DNA of 63,460 bases, filler included, from 8 parts of 8 records of this genome joined end to end with filler, not necessarily neighbours in it; one strand, 5' to 3'; positions 45,817 to 58,555 are shown, numbered from the whole stretch's first letter. Made by a program: numbers and translations. The notes: a model not told the origin generated them from the letters alone.

Positions 45817-48661
45817 ATGATGAACCGGCCCTCGCGGGCGGCAGCCGACAAGGCGCGCGGCCAGATCGCAGAGCAGAGCGCCGTGTTCCAGAACGAGGAC
45901 GACATCGCCGAGCTGCTCGAGCTCGATGACGAGGAAGACGACGCCCCGCCCCGCCCGCGCAAGGCAGTCGGAGGGTACAATCCGCGGCGGCCGAGCTACC
46001 TCGTGGGGGGGGGGATTCGAGCACATCTTCGACCAGCTGGTGGAAGCCCACACCGCCATCACAGCCGCCGAGCTCTACCGACGTAAGCCCCCCCCCCAGC
46101 CTGGCTCACTGCTGTTTGTCGCAGTGCGGGCGACTGCAAAGGGCCTGACTGCGATGGTCGACCAAAGCATGTCTGCATTCCGCAAGATGTATTCCCAACG
46201 CAAGCCGGTCTTTGAGTTTGCCATCGACAGCCGCGTCCCGGTATCGACGGCGGTCCAGCTCGCGCGCAGTGCCGGGCAGCTCGGAGCGCGAGTGAGCCGG
46301 CTCGGCTCTGCCGCCCTCGAGCACGGTGTTGCGCGCATCCAAATCGTTCCTGCTTGCGCGGTCCGAATCACGGATCCAACCCGACCAGAGCTAGCTCCGA
46401 TGTCTTACGGGTGCAGCTACGGATTGTATTGCATGACGCCAGAGCTCGCACTCCGATGGTTTGACTTATGCATAAGCCAGGAGTCCCTGGGGAGTCCCGA
46501 AGCGTTCAGCCTACTTTCAACTGAACCGTCCGACAAGCGGCTCTCCCGACGTGGCGGCGAAAGCTGCTATGGCGGGACGGATTTTACAGTCCCATCGGAA
46601 GTGGATTCTGTGCTATTCTTTCCCTGGTCAGCATGCAGAAGTACTAACACAAGTACTGAAGCTGCACACATTGTTTATCAGCATTACTCAGCTGCACAGA
46701 TTATGGCACGTCGCCCAGAAAAGAATGTCGAGGTATGGCTGGTCGACAAGCAGCTATGGACAGTGGCAAAGGTCCTGCGAAACTATATGGGGCATCGTCT
46801 GTACGTACAGTCACTGCGTCTGTACGCACAGTCACTGCTAACATCTGGCAAGGAGCTTGACCAGCATGTGGACGCTATCTTGCAGGACCTTGCAGCAGAG
46901 CAGAAGGGTGGCTACCTCAGCAGGGTTCTGATTAACATTGTCAGTGATTCACCAACCACGCAAATCAGCTCCAAATACCTGATGGGCGAGTCCTTGATCA
47001 ACGACTCCCCTTCTGAGCTACTCACTGGGGTCGAATGCTTTGTCAAGCGTTGGACCGTCGAAGAGATTGAACAGCTTGTGCCAAGCTTCTCAGTTCCCTC
47101 TGTGACTGGGCTTTTGCCGGACCACGAGCTTTGGAAAGCCCATTCTGAGGTGACGAATTTCGAAGTTCCAGATGGAGAATCGTATTTTCAGTTGTGGCTT
47201 GACCGCCAGCCGGTTAAATTGATCAACACACTGGGCTGGGCTCCTAAGATTCCTCCTGTTCGAATTCTCCAATGCATCACGGTGTCTGGTGGCTATCTCT
47301 ACCTTCTGCGCACAGATGATGGCAAAATACTTCGAATGGATTCGTATCCGACGGAAGAATGTGAGCTATGCCCTGGTCAGTGTTGCGTTCAGCTGTGCAG
47401 GAATATGGATGGTGAGCAGACGAATCGGGATGTTGTTGCGATCTTTGATGACGGTAGTGCTTCGCTTTTGAAGATCAGCTCACCTACAAGCCCCGGCCAA
47501 CCACTGTCCTCTTTGGTGCCCGCTGTCGCTACGCAAAGCATTGAGGATGTACACTTCTGTGGAACGTACATGCTGATCAGGACCAAGGAAGCACTCTTTC
47601 TGGTCCAGGCGAATGTCACCCAGGTTGGTTATTGGAGGCGATGGCGAAGTTACTCCTGGACTGCTGCGAGTGTCGTCTATACGACGAATATCTGCACGCA
47701 AGAAGCATTTCTGTTCTTTGGCTGTAAGAGCATTGCATGTGTCAGAGACAACATTTGCATTGTCGCTCGAGATGCAAGTGGCCAAATGATCACCTGCTGT
47801 CCGCCCTTTGAGACAGGAAACTACGGAAAGAACGACTGCCCTAAGCCTCGACACATCAAAGCGATACAGCGGTCACTCGGCCGAACCGTCAGCAACACTC
47901 AGCCAGCAAATGAATTCCATCCTGTAAATTTCAGCGAAGCCGTCAAACAGATTGCTGTTGGCAGAGACCATGTATTGGCCGTGACAGTAAAGTCGCAGCT
48001 AGTTGGATGGGGCTCCACACAAGCAGGGAAGCTAGCCGTGCCTCCTTTCACAGATTGCTTGTCTGCGCCTCGGGCGATTCTTGGCCAGCACATCAAAGTA
48101 GTACGCGCATCTGCAAGCCACGAGCACTCTGCCGTCGTGACCTCAGAAGGCCGCATCTTTTGCACTGGCAACCGTAAGGCTGGACGTCTTGGTACTCGTG
48201 ACAAGAAGGGGACGCAGCTTAGCTTTGTTGAGATGGACATCCCTGCCTATCAGCGTGCAATCAGGAACGGGATGACGCCTACTGACGTCACAGTCTATCA
48301 CAACGGCACACTCGTTCTCTTTGGAATGAACCAGGCCTCCATCAATCAACCAGGTTGTGTTGAGGAGCCAGCATCAATCGTTTCGCCTGACGTCGCTGAG
48401 ACGCAGCGCTTGTTCAACGACGGGCAGGGGTACATAAGCAGCATGCCACAGTCGGAAGATAAACAGTTTCTTCAGCTCCTTTTCAGCCAGCTGAGAACCC
48501 GTGTCCAGGGCTTGCTCGAACCTCCCGAGCCAGCCCATGGAGCTGACCAGCCGCAAGGGGCGTCTAATGAATCCACCCTGCCACAGCAAAAAGGTCGAAA
48601 GCGGCCAGCCAGCGGCTCAAAGTCCAAGAAAGCACCGGGCAAACGGGCCAGGCGCCTCTAG
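45817..48661 (+). CDS. RCC1-repeat protein with a C-terminal basic NLS-like tail; apparently intronless, +1 frameshift in the G10 run
   Basis: VKQIAVGRDHVLAVT...WGSTQAGKL and ASASHEHSAVVTSEGRIFCTGNRKAGRLG; tail KGRKRP...KRARRL. The ATG 45817 frame joins the long ORF if G10 (46005-46014) is read as G9. Confidence 0.7.
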
Positions 48662-49039
48662 AGTACGAGGATGTCGACGGTTTGTCCCGTGTCTTTCACG
48701 TTCACTTATGTTCTTTTCACATGTACAAGGCCATTGTACAAAGAATGTCATTTACCAAGTCACACACAACACTGCAATAACCGAGCAAGCTCAGAGCACC
48801 CTGGTGGAGCGGTAATTGTATGGCATACTACTGAAGTGGACTATCTTCGCATTTCCTAATCTCGGGTCGGGTATTGTTGAGATCGACTTGGCTCTACTCG
48901 TTCATGAATTGCAACATTCGTCGAATATTCAATAATATCCGAATAATAGAATGCAGAAGCTCGTTTCACGGCCATTGTTAAAAGATTTATGCGTACTTAA
49001 TACGTACTTTTCATACTGCGTACTTAGGTTACAATAGAC

Positions 49040-50606
49040 TTACGCAGCCAAGGGACTATCGCACTTGCCTTCATGAGAAGATAGCCCGCCATGTAGCCGT
49101 ACTGACAACGGCTTCGTCGCCTCCGCTGCTATCTTGGAACTCGGATTTGCGTGCGGCTCGGGGAAAGCTTTATTCAAATGGTCGGAGAGGCGAGCGAAGA
49201 TACGGTGGAACTGGTCAAACTGTTGGCACACCTGCCCACCTGTCGGTCCAGCCCAGAGCAGCTGCCAAAGAAGCACCATCTTGTGAGCCAGCGCATTGTT
49301 TGCCTCGACACAGCGCTTATCAAATCCAGACCTCGCTTGTGCCATCTGGGATACCCGGTCCATCGCCACTTCTTCCAGCAAGTACTCCTTGGTGTTGAGG
49401 CAGCTCTTAGAGCAATACTCCAGCTCAGCACCAATCCCAGCAGCAGCCTTTGTGTACAGTTCCACCTGGCAGGCCATTCAGCCACCAAGCAGACGTCTGC
49501 GACCTGATCCATGTGCCGTGCAATCTCGGCTGCACGAGCTTCGCTAGTGCTCTTGCAGCTCTCGCGCTCGGCCTTGGTCTGCTCGAGCTCAAGCTCTGCA
49601 CTCTCCCTGGCCTGTTGCTCCATCCGCAGCTGCAGCGCCGTCAGCCGATGCCCAAAGCAGCAGCACCTGCTCGCTGAGTTCATCGCACTCGCGCTGGACC
49701 TGCAACAGCCGGCCGTCCGACTCCGCCTTGGCCGCCTCCAGCTGTCCGTCAACCGCCTCCACTTTTGTGGCAGCTGCTTCGAGCTTCATCTCCGACCAAC
49801 TTCGGCCCGCTTCGGCCTGCCAACCACTCACTCGCAGCCCACTCGGCCCGCACCTCGACGCACTTCATCCGAAGCCGGTCGAGCTCCTGCTGCAGCGCCT
49901 GGCTCTCGGCCCGTGCACTCTGCAGCTCGCACTTTGTGGTCAGCTGTGCTTCGTGCTCCGAGCTCATCCGATCCAATTCGGGCCGCTGGGCGTTCAGCTG
50001 CCGGTTGAGCCGATCATACATGTCGCCTACAAGTTCCAGCTGCGCCCGGAAGCTGGACGTTTTCTCTTCCAGCTCGTCCTCTAGCTCTCTGACACGAGCC
50101 TCCCCCGACAGGCGCCGATCGGCCGCCAAACTGGCTGCACCCCGGGCCTCCGCCCTCACCGCGGCCAGCTGGATGGTCAACTCGTCGACTTGTCGCTGGG
50201 CCGTCGGCCCCTCGGCCTGGCCCTCCTCGGCCTGCTCCTCCCGCCCAGCCAGCGCGGCCCGCAGCTCAGCCTTCTCCCGCTCGGCTCGCTCCAGCGCCTC
50301 CCGAAGCTCCTTCTGCCGCCGCTGGGCCACCTGCCGCTGCTTGGCCAGCCCACTGGCTAGATCCGGCTGCTGCGGCTCAGGTCGGGGCCGCTGGGCGTCG
50401 GCCATGGCCACGGCCAGCCGCCGCTTGAGTTCGCCGTTGCTCCGGCCGGCCGCCTCCAGCTTCCGGCTGAGCTCGGCACACTCGGCCTCGGCAACGCTGG
50501 CCACGCTCTCGGCTGCTGCCTTCTGCTGCAGGCAGCGCGCAAGGTCCCCCCGCAGCTCGGCGGTGGCCTCGTCGATCCGGCCGCGCAGAGCCACCGTCCC
50601 TGCCAT
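49040..50606 (-). CDS. Coiled-coil protein of unknown function, multi-exon
   Basis: Continuous E/A/R/Q-rich heptad pattern across ORFs 49749-50606, 49589-49831, 49174-49752 and 49040-49477. Confidence 0.6.
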
Positions 50607-50840
50607 TCTTCAATTTTGGACTCGGGCAGCTGTTCGGGCCAGTCAGCTAGCTGCCAGTGGCCATTAATATTCAGTTTCGGCCACTGGCACTCAGACTGGC
50701 AGGCAGCTACATGTAGGCCGACCTATCATATATATAGAATGAACTGTCGGTTCGAGTGGTTAATGAATCGATTATTTGGGTCATTGGGGTGGCTTTGCTC
50801 AAGCACATTTACTTTGTTTTTAGGTAGTTTTTAGGTAAGC

Positions 50841-52178
50841 TTAGTCAGCTTTGACAAGGCCATGCATGATGAAAGCTGTGTGCTGGCCACCTGTGGCCCA
50901 GTGGCTGCCCCGATCCATGTTGTAAACCACAGCGAATGACCGCGGGCCGGTTGCCACGATTGAGGTGTAAGCGATAGACGTGGTCTGGTTAGCGCTAGGG
51001 TGCGTGCTGTTGACACCGTCGTCAAAGAGGAACTGCTTGTCGCCTTTCCAAAGCTGGTTGTGCGCAGCAGAGATCGAGTGCCGGACCCAATTCTTCCGTT
51101 GATCACCCCCATCCACCCCTCCCATCCCGTCCTGGTTCACCCAGAGGAAAATGCCGCTAGTCTCTTCCACACAGAGCCGGCCTCCACTCAGCAGCAGCGG
51201 CCCGCCGGTCAATTTGTGCAGTCTCGGCAGCACGCAGCCCGCTCCCTCGATGGGGACTGGCTTGGACCAGCTGGCTGCATTATCAGTGGAGAACATGGCA
51301 TGATAATACTTGTACGTAGTAGTCGCAGCCGTGCCACAGCCGCCGTCGCCATCCATACGGACAACTGATATCAGCGTCTTATTATCCTCCAGCAGTGCCA
51401 GGTCGCACTCGTTAGGTCCAGCCAGCCGGGGAATGCCCAGGCTTGACCAATTGGCGATTGTGGACGAGTAGTGCCAGTCGTAGCTGTCCGTCGAGGTGAA
51501 AGCAAGCACCGAAAAGGGCGGATGCGACCCAAACCGCTCCCGCAGCCCGTTCCAGATGATTGCTGTCTGCAGGCACAGCCTGCCGTCGGCCATGCGCGCC
51601 AGGCCGAAGTTGCGCATCCCGCTGCCGTACCCTGCGAAGCTGGCCCCGGGGAACGGGATCCCTGAGAACCTAACTGTCCGCGGGTCCGGGCCGCTCATGC
51701 TGAACCGCTGACCGTCAGGGGCGAGCCTGAACTGGCGGCGTCCGTTGAGCGTCCAGCTCGAGTACCCCTCCGGCAGCAGCACCGGGTCCCCGCCTCCGAG
51801 CGTCTGGAGCGGCTCGCCCGGGGCTGACGGCAGGTGCATGTCGGCGGTGGCGGCCCACCCATCCGAGTCTATTCCGGTTGGTCTGCGGCTGGATGGCGGC
51901 TCGGACACTACGGCGCCCTGATGCGCGCGCCAGGTGCGCCCACCGTCCGAGGAGAAGGCCCAGGTGTTGTTGAACGCGGGCCCCAGCAAGTGCCGTGCGT
52001 CCCACGCCCGGAAGTTCATCCCGAAGCCGATCGGCCCACGCACACCGACGCTGCTCCCGCCTATCAGCGCCGGCTCGGACCATTCGACGAGGGTGCTGTG
52101 CGCTGCGAGGGTGCTGTGCGCCGCGATCCCGCAGGCCCAGAGCAAAGCAGCCCGCCGCCACTGCGACCCCATTGGCAA
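50841..52178 (-). CDS. Secreted sialidase-like BNR-repeat protein, intronless
   Basis: Signal peptide; Asp boxes SSDGGRTW, STDSYDW and STDNAASW; GPNECDLALL..VVRMD; LLSGGR; TSIAYTSI. Confidence 0.7.
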   Translation of the reverse strand: MPMGSQWRRAALLWACGIAAHSTLAAHSTLVEWSEPALIGGSSVGVRGPIGFGMNFRAWDARHLLGPAFNNTWAFSSDGGRTWRAHQGAVVSEPPSSRRPTGIDSDGWAATADMHLPSAPGEPLQTLGGGDPVLLPEGYSSWTLNGRRQFRLAPDGQRFSMSGPDPRTVRFSGIPFPGASFAGYGSGMRNFGLARMADGRLCLQTAIIWNGLRERFGSHPPFSVLAFTSTDSYDWHYSSTIANWSSLGIPRLAGPNECDLALLEDNKTLISVVRMDGDGGCGTAATTTYKYYHAMFSTDNAASWSKPVPIEGAGCVLPRLHKLTGGPLLLSGGRLCVEETSGIFLWVNQDGMGGVDGGDQRKNWVRHSISAAHNQLWKGDKQFLFDDGVNSTHPSANQTTSIAYTSIVATGPRSFAVVYNMDRGSHWATGGQHTAFIMHGLVKAD

Positions 52179-52391
52179 TCTGCCGTTAGACGGCGATGAT
52201 TCGCTAACGGCAGAGCTTCATAGAGCGGGCGCGGACGAAGATGATCGAGCCCAGGCTGCCGCTGGATGTCAGCGAGCTCGTAGCTACAGACAATAAGAAA
52301 CAAGACACGACTCAGCACACTACAGTAATATACTGTATAGCTTACAGTAATATATTGTATAGCTCTCTCTCTCGAGTGCACAATCATAATG

Positions 52392-53130
52392 TCAGCTGTT
52401 GGTCTTGCTTGCCGGGTCCTCATCCGCGGCCTGGACGCTGGCCAGCTCATCCTTATGAACAAACACAATGTGGAAGTCTCGCAGCTCCGGATGCGCCTTC
52501 AGGATCGAACCCCGGAGCCGCTCGCACTCATCAGCCGATAGCTGAGGCCCGACCGAGCTCGCCGGGCTTGCCGGCTTGCTCCCGCCGGAGTCCATCAGGA
52601 TCTTGGCCCAACGGTAGCCCGGCTGCCGCTCCACCACTGATTTGAGCAGTGCCTGCCCAAACCCGGGCGCCTGGCCCTCCAGCTTGTTGACGGTCTGCCA
52701 GATCTTCTGGGCCGCCTCCGAGCCCTGCAGCCCCTGCCCGCGGCCAGCTCTCGCCCGCTGGTGCCGGAGGCGCCACCTTGATCGATCGCCGGAGCTGCTC
52801 GATGGCCTGGTCCACCTGATCGTGCACCGGCTTCGGGTAGATCCCTCCGGCCAGGCAGCTCTGGTTGACCTGCACCGGCGGTGAGGATGGCTCGATGGGG
52901 GCAGCCACCTCTCTGAGCTTGTCCAGCGTCTGCTCCGCCCCGATCTTGGCCACCACGCTGGCCAGCACCGGCTTTTTGATCGCCCCGATCGCACCGAGCG
53001 CCTTGGCCCCGAGCGCCCCCAGGATAGGCAGGTGGATGATCCCTCGTGCCAGCCGGCCGCGGGCGGTGGGTGCCAGCACAGTGGGGGGCCGCAGTGGCCG
53101 CCCGATCAGGCGGCGCAGGCCCCGGATCAT
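52392..53130 (-). CDS. Small protein of unknown function, possible mitochondrial transit peptide, multi-exon
   Basis: R-rich N-terminus MIRGLRRLIGRPLR followed by IIHLPILGALGAKAL; C-terminal exon LKAHPELRDFHIVF. Confidence 0.5.
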
Positions 53131-53284
53131 GCGAGCCACTCAGGTGCGCCGTGGACCGCTCATTTGCCCAACGGAAATAGAAACTCGGCCCTGCGAACCC
53201 AAGGAGACACTTGCATGCAGAGGGTCAGAGGCTGAACCACAGCAGCTGCCACCTACCCCCGCCTGCCCGGGCAGCGCCCGAGCG

Positions 53285-54316
53285 ATGCCGCATGCCGGCC
53301 AGATCACCAGCCCCCGGCCGATCGGCTCCCCCCCGGGTGAGGCGCCGCCGGTCAGCCGGCTGCTCAGCGTGGAGGGCGACCTGTTTGACTGGATCATGGG
53401 AGCCAACTCGCCCCAGCCCGACACCCCGCACACCCGGCTGGCGTCGCCCCAGCGCGCCCAGCCCGCCGCACGCCCCCCGCCGGTGCTGCCGCCGGTGCTG
53501 GTCCCAGCCCCCGGACCTGTCGAGTCCGGCCCGCCCAAGCGCTCGCCGCGGGACTCGCCCACGTTCATGAACCTCTGCCTGTCCCCGATCCAGCCCGGAC
53601 TGGACGACTCGCCCACTGGGGCCCACGCCACCCCGGGCGCCTCCCGACTGCTCGCCCGCGCGCTGAAGCGGAGCTGGAGCGACAGGTCGATCGGTGCGCC
53701 CCTGCCGGCCCGCCCAGCCGTGAGTCGGCCGTGTCGCAGGTCCGATCGAGAGCCTGGATGCGCGGCCGACGCAGCGTGTGAGACCTAGCTGCGAGTTCGA
53801 GCTGGCCGCACCGCCCGAGGCGGCGGCGCCAGCCGAGGCAGAGGAGCCACGCACAGTGCAGCGGCCCTGCAAGTGCCGGAAGAGTAAATGTTTAAAGATG
53901 TACTGCGAATGCTTCGCGCTCGGGGGTTTCTGCCGCAGAGGTGAGCTGCCTCAGCGCGGGCTGGGCCGAGCGGCGGGCAGAGTGCAGCTGTCTGGACTGT
54001 GGGAACGTGGCCAGCAATCCGGAGGCTGTCGCTCGGAGTCGAAGGCCACGCCCGCGACCGCAGAAGCTGGAGGGGAAGGCGTGCCGTTGCAAGCGGTCCG
54101 GCTGTCAGAAGAAGTACTGCGACTGCTTTCAGAACGAGGTGGCCTGCACGGATCAGTGTCAGTGTGTCGGCTGTTTCAACACTGAAGAAGACAGGTGGCC
54201 GGGTGCTAGACCCGAGGGCTGACTGTTGGGACAGGCTCAAGTTTCTGCAGCTCAAGCTCAGAATGGAAGCCGCCCGCCCGCTTGCCCCGCTAATGCTCCG
54301 CCCAGCCCCCTCGTGA
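53285..54316 (+). CDS. Tesmin/TSO1-like CXC (CRC) domain protein (LIN54 family)
   Basis: Two CXC domains, CKCRKSKCLKMYCECFALGGFC..CSCLDCGN and CRCKRSGCQKKYCDCFQNEVACTDQCQCVGCFN, joined by a short R/P-rich linker. Confidence 0.88.
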
Positions 54317-54512
54317 GTGCGCTCACTCTAATTGTGGAAAGCGCTCTGGAGCAACACTCGTACATTAGGGCCGTCCTTAGGACAGTCCTTGCAATTGGCC
54401 CGTAAACTAATTAAAATCTTAACCACGTAAAGCATGCTACTTTGGCGGTCCGATTGAGGTCTATATTCCTTTACATGGGGATTATTTAGAGTTGATCCAT
54501 CGCTGCCTGCTA

Positions 54513-55149
54513 CTACTGCGGGGCGGCCAAGCCCTCGCCCTCCTCCATCGGGGCATCTGCCATCTCCTCTTCTACGGTCAGCTCGGGCTCCGGCTCCCCG
54601 GGCTGCTGAGTGGTCTGGGCTTGCATGAACTTTAGGATCGCCGTCACCACATCCTCGTGCCCCAGGTTGGCCGCTTGCATCACCGCCGTCAGGCCCGCCT
54701 CGTTGGTCAGCTCCGAGTCGCACCCTGCCCCCGGGCTCGGCCCAGCCCGACCAGCGGCCGCACCCGCTGTGAGCAACACGCCCGCCGCCTCGGCTTGGTT
54801 GGTCATGGCGGCCCAGTGCAGCGCCGTGTTTCTATTCTCATTCTGCAGCCCCACCGCCGCACCTGTCCGCCCGGCTCGGCCCGCCCGATGGGGGGAGGGG
54901 CACCCCGGCCGAGCAGCTCGCGCACCGCCTCCATGTGTCCGTTGGCCGAGGCCATCATCAGCGGGGTGGTGCCCCGATCGTCCGTGCTGTCCACCGGCGC
55001 CCCGCCCGCGTCCAGCGCTGTGCTCGGCCCGGTCGGCCCGGCCGGCGGCTGGCGCGGGCACCGGCGCGGAGCTCCTCCATGTCGCCGGCCCGAGCCGCGT
55101 ACAGCAGGTCGTCCACCGCCTCCGCCAGAGCATCGCCCGGCCCGTCCAT
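54513..55149 (-). CDS. Small ankyrin-repeat protein (Yar1-like), multi-exon
   Basis: DDLLYAARAGDMEEL, GTTPLMMASANGHMEAVRELL, NENRNTALHWAAMTNQ and an acidic tail. Confidence 0.78.
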
Positions 55150-55290
55150 CCGTGATCGCCCGCACGCCAAAAAGAGCCGTTGGCGCGGCGCCGCTGCTGG
55201 GCGACTGCACTACTAGATCTACCAGGAGCAACACACCGCGGTCAGACGCGTCCTCTGGGGGAGGAAAGACTGGTTCGAGAGACCGAGACA

Positions 55291-57103
55291 ATGGACAACG
55301 CCACGCTGTCGGGGCTCCGGAGCTCGCTGCTCCCGCACCTGCCGCTCAGGGCGCTGGCGGACGACCCGAGCACCGAGCCGGTGCTCACCTCGCTGGCCCG
55401 GGAGGACTCGCTGGCTGACCTGCACCGCCGGGCCGACCCAGTGCTCCCCAGAGCGCTGCTCGACCGGCAGCGATCGGAGCGCGACCTCAAGGCGGCCGAG
55501 TACTTCTGCTGCGTCAAAATCTTCGTCACCAAGATGGACTTTGAGCCGCTGATGCCCTGGCACCGCAAGGAGGTCGGCCACGTCACCGGGAGCGGGTTCG
55601 GAGTGCGCTACGCAGACGGGCGGCGCTGCCTGCTCACCAACCACCACGTTATCAATAAAGCCAGCATGGTTGAGGTCCGCCGGTACGGATCGGGCCGGCG
55701 GCATCTGGCGAAAGTGATCTGCTCGAGCGATCAGCTGGACATCGCGATCTTGGACGTTCCGGATGACGACGCGTTCTGGCAGGGCGGCCAGAAGCTGGGT
55801 CCTCTGCCGCTGTGCGAGGTGGGGGATGGCCTGCCGCAACTGGCGGATTCGATCACGGTTGTCGGGTTTCCCAAGCAGGGGGACGACATCTGCGCCACTG
55901 TCGGGGCCGTCTCAAGGGCTTCGAGTGCCGGGTTCCTGGGCTCCGAGGCGCTCAAGATACAGGTGGACGCTGCGATCAACGCCGGGAATAGCGGCGGACC
56001 GGCGTTCACCGCGGACCACCAGCTGGCCGGGATCGCGTACCAGAGTATGAACCCGGCGTCCGATTCGATAAACATTGGCTGGATCATCCCGTTGCCTGTG
56101 ATCAAGGTCTTCCTGGAGGACTTTGTGAGGTCTGGCAGGCACTCAGGGATGGTCACGCCGCCGGTCACGATGCAGGTAACTACAAACCCGGCGCTCCAGA
56201 AGGGTCTCGGCATGACGGACGGTCTCGGGACGACCGTCTTCACGGGCGTGCTGGTCACAAAGGTGCTCGCCAAGAGCTTCCTCGACGGCGTGCTTGTGCC
56301 GGGAGACGTGCTACTCTCCGTTGACGACGTGGCCATCGCCTGCAACGGCACCATCTCACTCCACGATGTCGGGCTCGGCCAGCTCGGGCAGAGAGTGCAC
56401 GTCGACTTTCTGTTCACCCGCAAAGGTGCCGCCGTGCGAGCGCTCTGAATGACTTGTGGCAGTGCCGGGCGACCCTATGAAGCTGAGCTTCCTGAGCTCT
56501 AAGGAGCTCAAGGAGGTCCAAGTGGTCGCTCGGCCGCCCCCGCTCAGCATGATCGAAGAGACCCAGAACGCGCTAGACGCCTCGGCTGAGAGCTGTTACA
56601 TGGTGGTCGGAGGTCTGGTGCTGGTCGCCATGAGTCGGGCCTACGTCCGGCTGCTGCTCCCGCGGTCGGATGCGGCCGCTTTCGAGAAAGGGGTCAAGCC
56701 TCCTGAGGAGCCGGGCGAGCAGATCCTGCAGCTGGTCAACGTGCTGCACTGCCCGGTCACGATGGGGTGCCGGCTGCTGAGTTGCAGGCTGAGCCAGCTG
56801 GCAGGTATGAGAGAGGGTTCACGGGCCCGCTCGACAGCTTCAACGACCAGGCTGTGCTCAACCTAGCCGAGCTGCGCAGCAAGGTGGAGGCGTGTGCGGC
56901 CAGTGGCGAAATGCTCCGATTCAATGTTGCCGGGTCCAAGACGCTATTCCTGGATCCAGGTAGCCAGTGGCTGCTAGGCGCGGTGAGTGATTCGGCTGGC
57001 AGCGCAATGCGCAGAGGCGGCTGTTCCGATGGCATCGCTGTACGGGATTCCTATCACGCAGTTTGCCTGGATGCCAGGAATGCCCGAACTGCCCGATTCT
57101 TGA
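55291..57103 (+). CDS. Deg/HtrA serine protease with PDZ domains (plant DEG2/DEG9/DEG10-like)
   Basis: VTGSGF; triad LTNHHV (His), LDIAIL (Asp), DAAINAGNSGGP (Ser); NIGWIIP; GDVLLSVDDVAIACNGTI; YMVVGGLVL. Three 3' introns; stop TGA at 57101-57103. Confidence 0.9.
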
Positions 57104-57210
57104 CCTCCAAGGCTAGAGTAGTTATACTACGAGTCCGATACGAGCGAGTACGTAGGTATTAACGTGTTATTGTACATTATAAACTATCCGGTATTGATTA
57201 GACAATCCGA

Positions 57211-58425
57211 TTATTTACCGGCATTTGCATGTGCCGCTCGAATGTTGGTCACAGCATCCGGGTCAAATTTGCATAGCGTCGACCTGAGCACCGCCTCCAC
57301 TCGCCATCTTGTCAGGTCTCTTTGCAGCTGCTCTGGTCTGATACTCTTGGGCAGACTCATGTCGGCCCCGGCCTGCATGTAAACCTCCTGGTCCTCTGCG
57401 GTGTCGTTCCCGCTTCTAATCAGCACCACGCCAACGAACCCTGCCGCCCGCCATGTCTCCACTATGTCTGTTCCGAGCACGTTTTGCGATGCATCAGGGT
57501 AGTCCAAGTGCTGGTCCACAATGCACACAACCGGACGGTCCTGCTGCTGCCACGACATCTGCCCACCCAGCCGGTCAGAGCGCCCACTCAGGCGAGGCAC
57601 CAGCAACTCTGAGAGTTGATCAGCATGTGGCGGCTCAGCCCCTCCACAGACCACGTGCTCGTTGCACACGCAGCACCGACTCGCCTTCTCTTCGGGGGTC
57701 CAGGCGCGCGGCTTGCCGTCGCCTGTGGTGTACTGCTCTGTGTAAGCCGGGCTCTGGTTGTTGACCATGTGGAACAGCTTCCATAGCTGCATCCGCGGCC
57801 CGAGCGCGTCGTCGAGCACCAGCAAATTGACCAGCTCCGAGTGGCTTCGTTTCTCCTGCTGCTCGTCCGCGTTGCTGAACTTGTTCCACATCCCGGTGAT
57901 GAACTCCTCCATCGGCCCGCTGTCGCCCTCCTTGTTGCACTCACTCCAGATCCGGCCGAAGATCTCCTCCATCGTGTTCTGCAGATCGGTCGGGTTGTCC
58001 GTTGTAAAGCACAGCCCCTTCCGGTTCTTCCCGTCGCTCTGCCGGTAGGTGGAGGTGAGCTTCTTGACGGTCGGGTGGCAGTTAAGAGTGGGGAACAGCC
58101 AGAACTCGTCAGCCCGCACCGCCCAGCACTCGATCTCAAAGTACAAAAGCCGACAGAGCAGCTTCCTACCGGGGGGCGGGCCGTTGGGGTTGTTGCCGTG
58201 TGTTGCCGCGTGGGCTTGGAGCGAGAAGAGCTCGAGCGCCACGTTGGTCAGTTTGATGGTGGCCTCGGTGTGGCTGTTCTTGTGAGAGTTGCCCGGGTTC
58301 TCCACAGAGAACTGGCCATGGTACTCGGCCTCGTTCCCCAGCCCGGCCAGGTTCCAGTTGGACGGCAGGAAGTCCTCCACCGTCGGCATGCCCTTGTCAA
58401 ACAGCTTGCTCTGCCCCTCCCCCAT
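57211..58425 (-). CDS. Protein with an N-myristoylation motif and a C-terminal response-regulator receiver domain
   Basis: N-terminus MGEGQSK; receiver motifs LLVLDD, CIVDQHL (phospho-Asp), GTDIV, IRSGND and AGADMSLPK. Confidence 0.7.
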   Translation of the reverse strand: MGEGQSKLFDKGMPTVEDFLPSNWNLAGLGNEAEYHGQFSVENPGNSHKNSHTEATIKLTNVALELFSLQAHAATHGNNPNGPPPGRKLLCRLLYFEIECWAVRADEFWLFPTLNCHPTVKKLTSTYRQSDGKNRKGLCFTTDNPTDLQNTMEEIFGRIWSECNKEGDSGPMEEFITGMWNKFSNADEQQEKRSHSELVNLLVLDDALGPRMQLWKLFHMVNNQSPAYTEQYTTGDGKPRAWTPEEKASRCCVCNEHVVCGGAEPPHADQLSELLVPRLSGRSDRLGGQMSWQQQDRPVVCIVDQHLDYPDASQNVLGTDIVETWRAAGFVGVVLIRSGNDTAEDQEVYMQAGADMSLPKSIRPEQLQRDLTRWRVEAVLRSTLCKFDPDAVTNIRAAHANAGK

Positions 58426-58555
58426 GATTACACGCCCCTCAGCACACCCTCTGGCGAGCGAGTCAAGTCAAGCTGCCACCCTGGCAACGGAAGACGGTCA
58501 AGATCTCCAATCTTTCCGTTACCGCGTGGGAATCACTCGCCGGAGAGGAGCTGAG

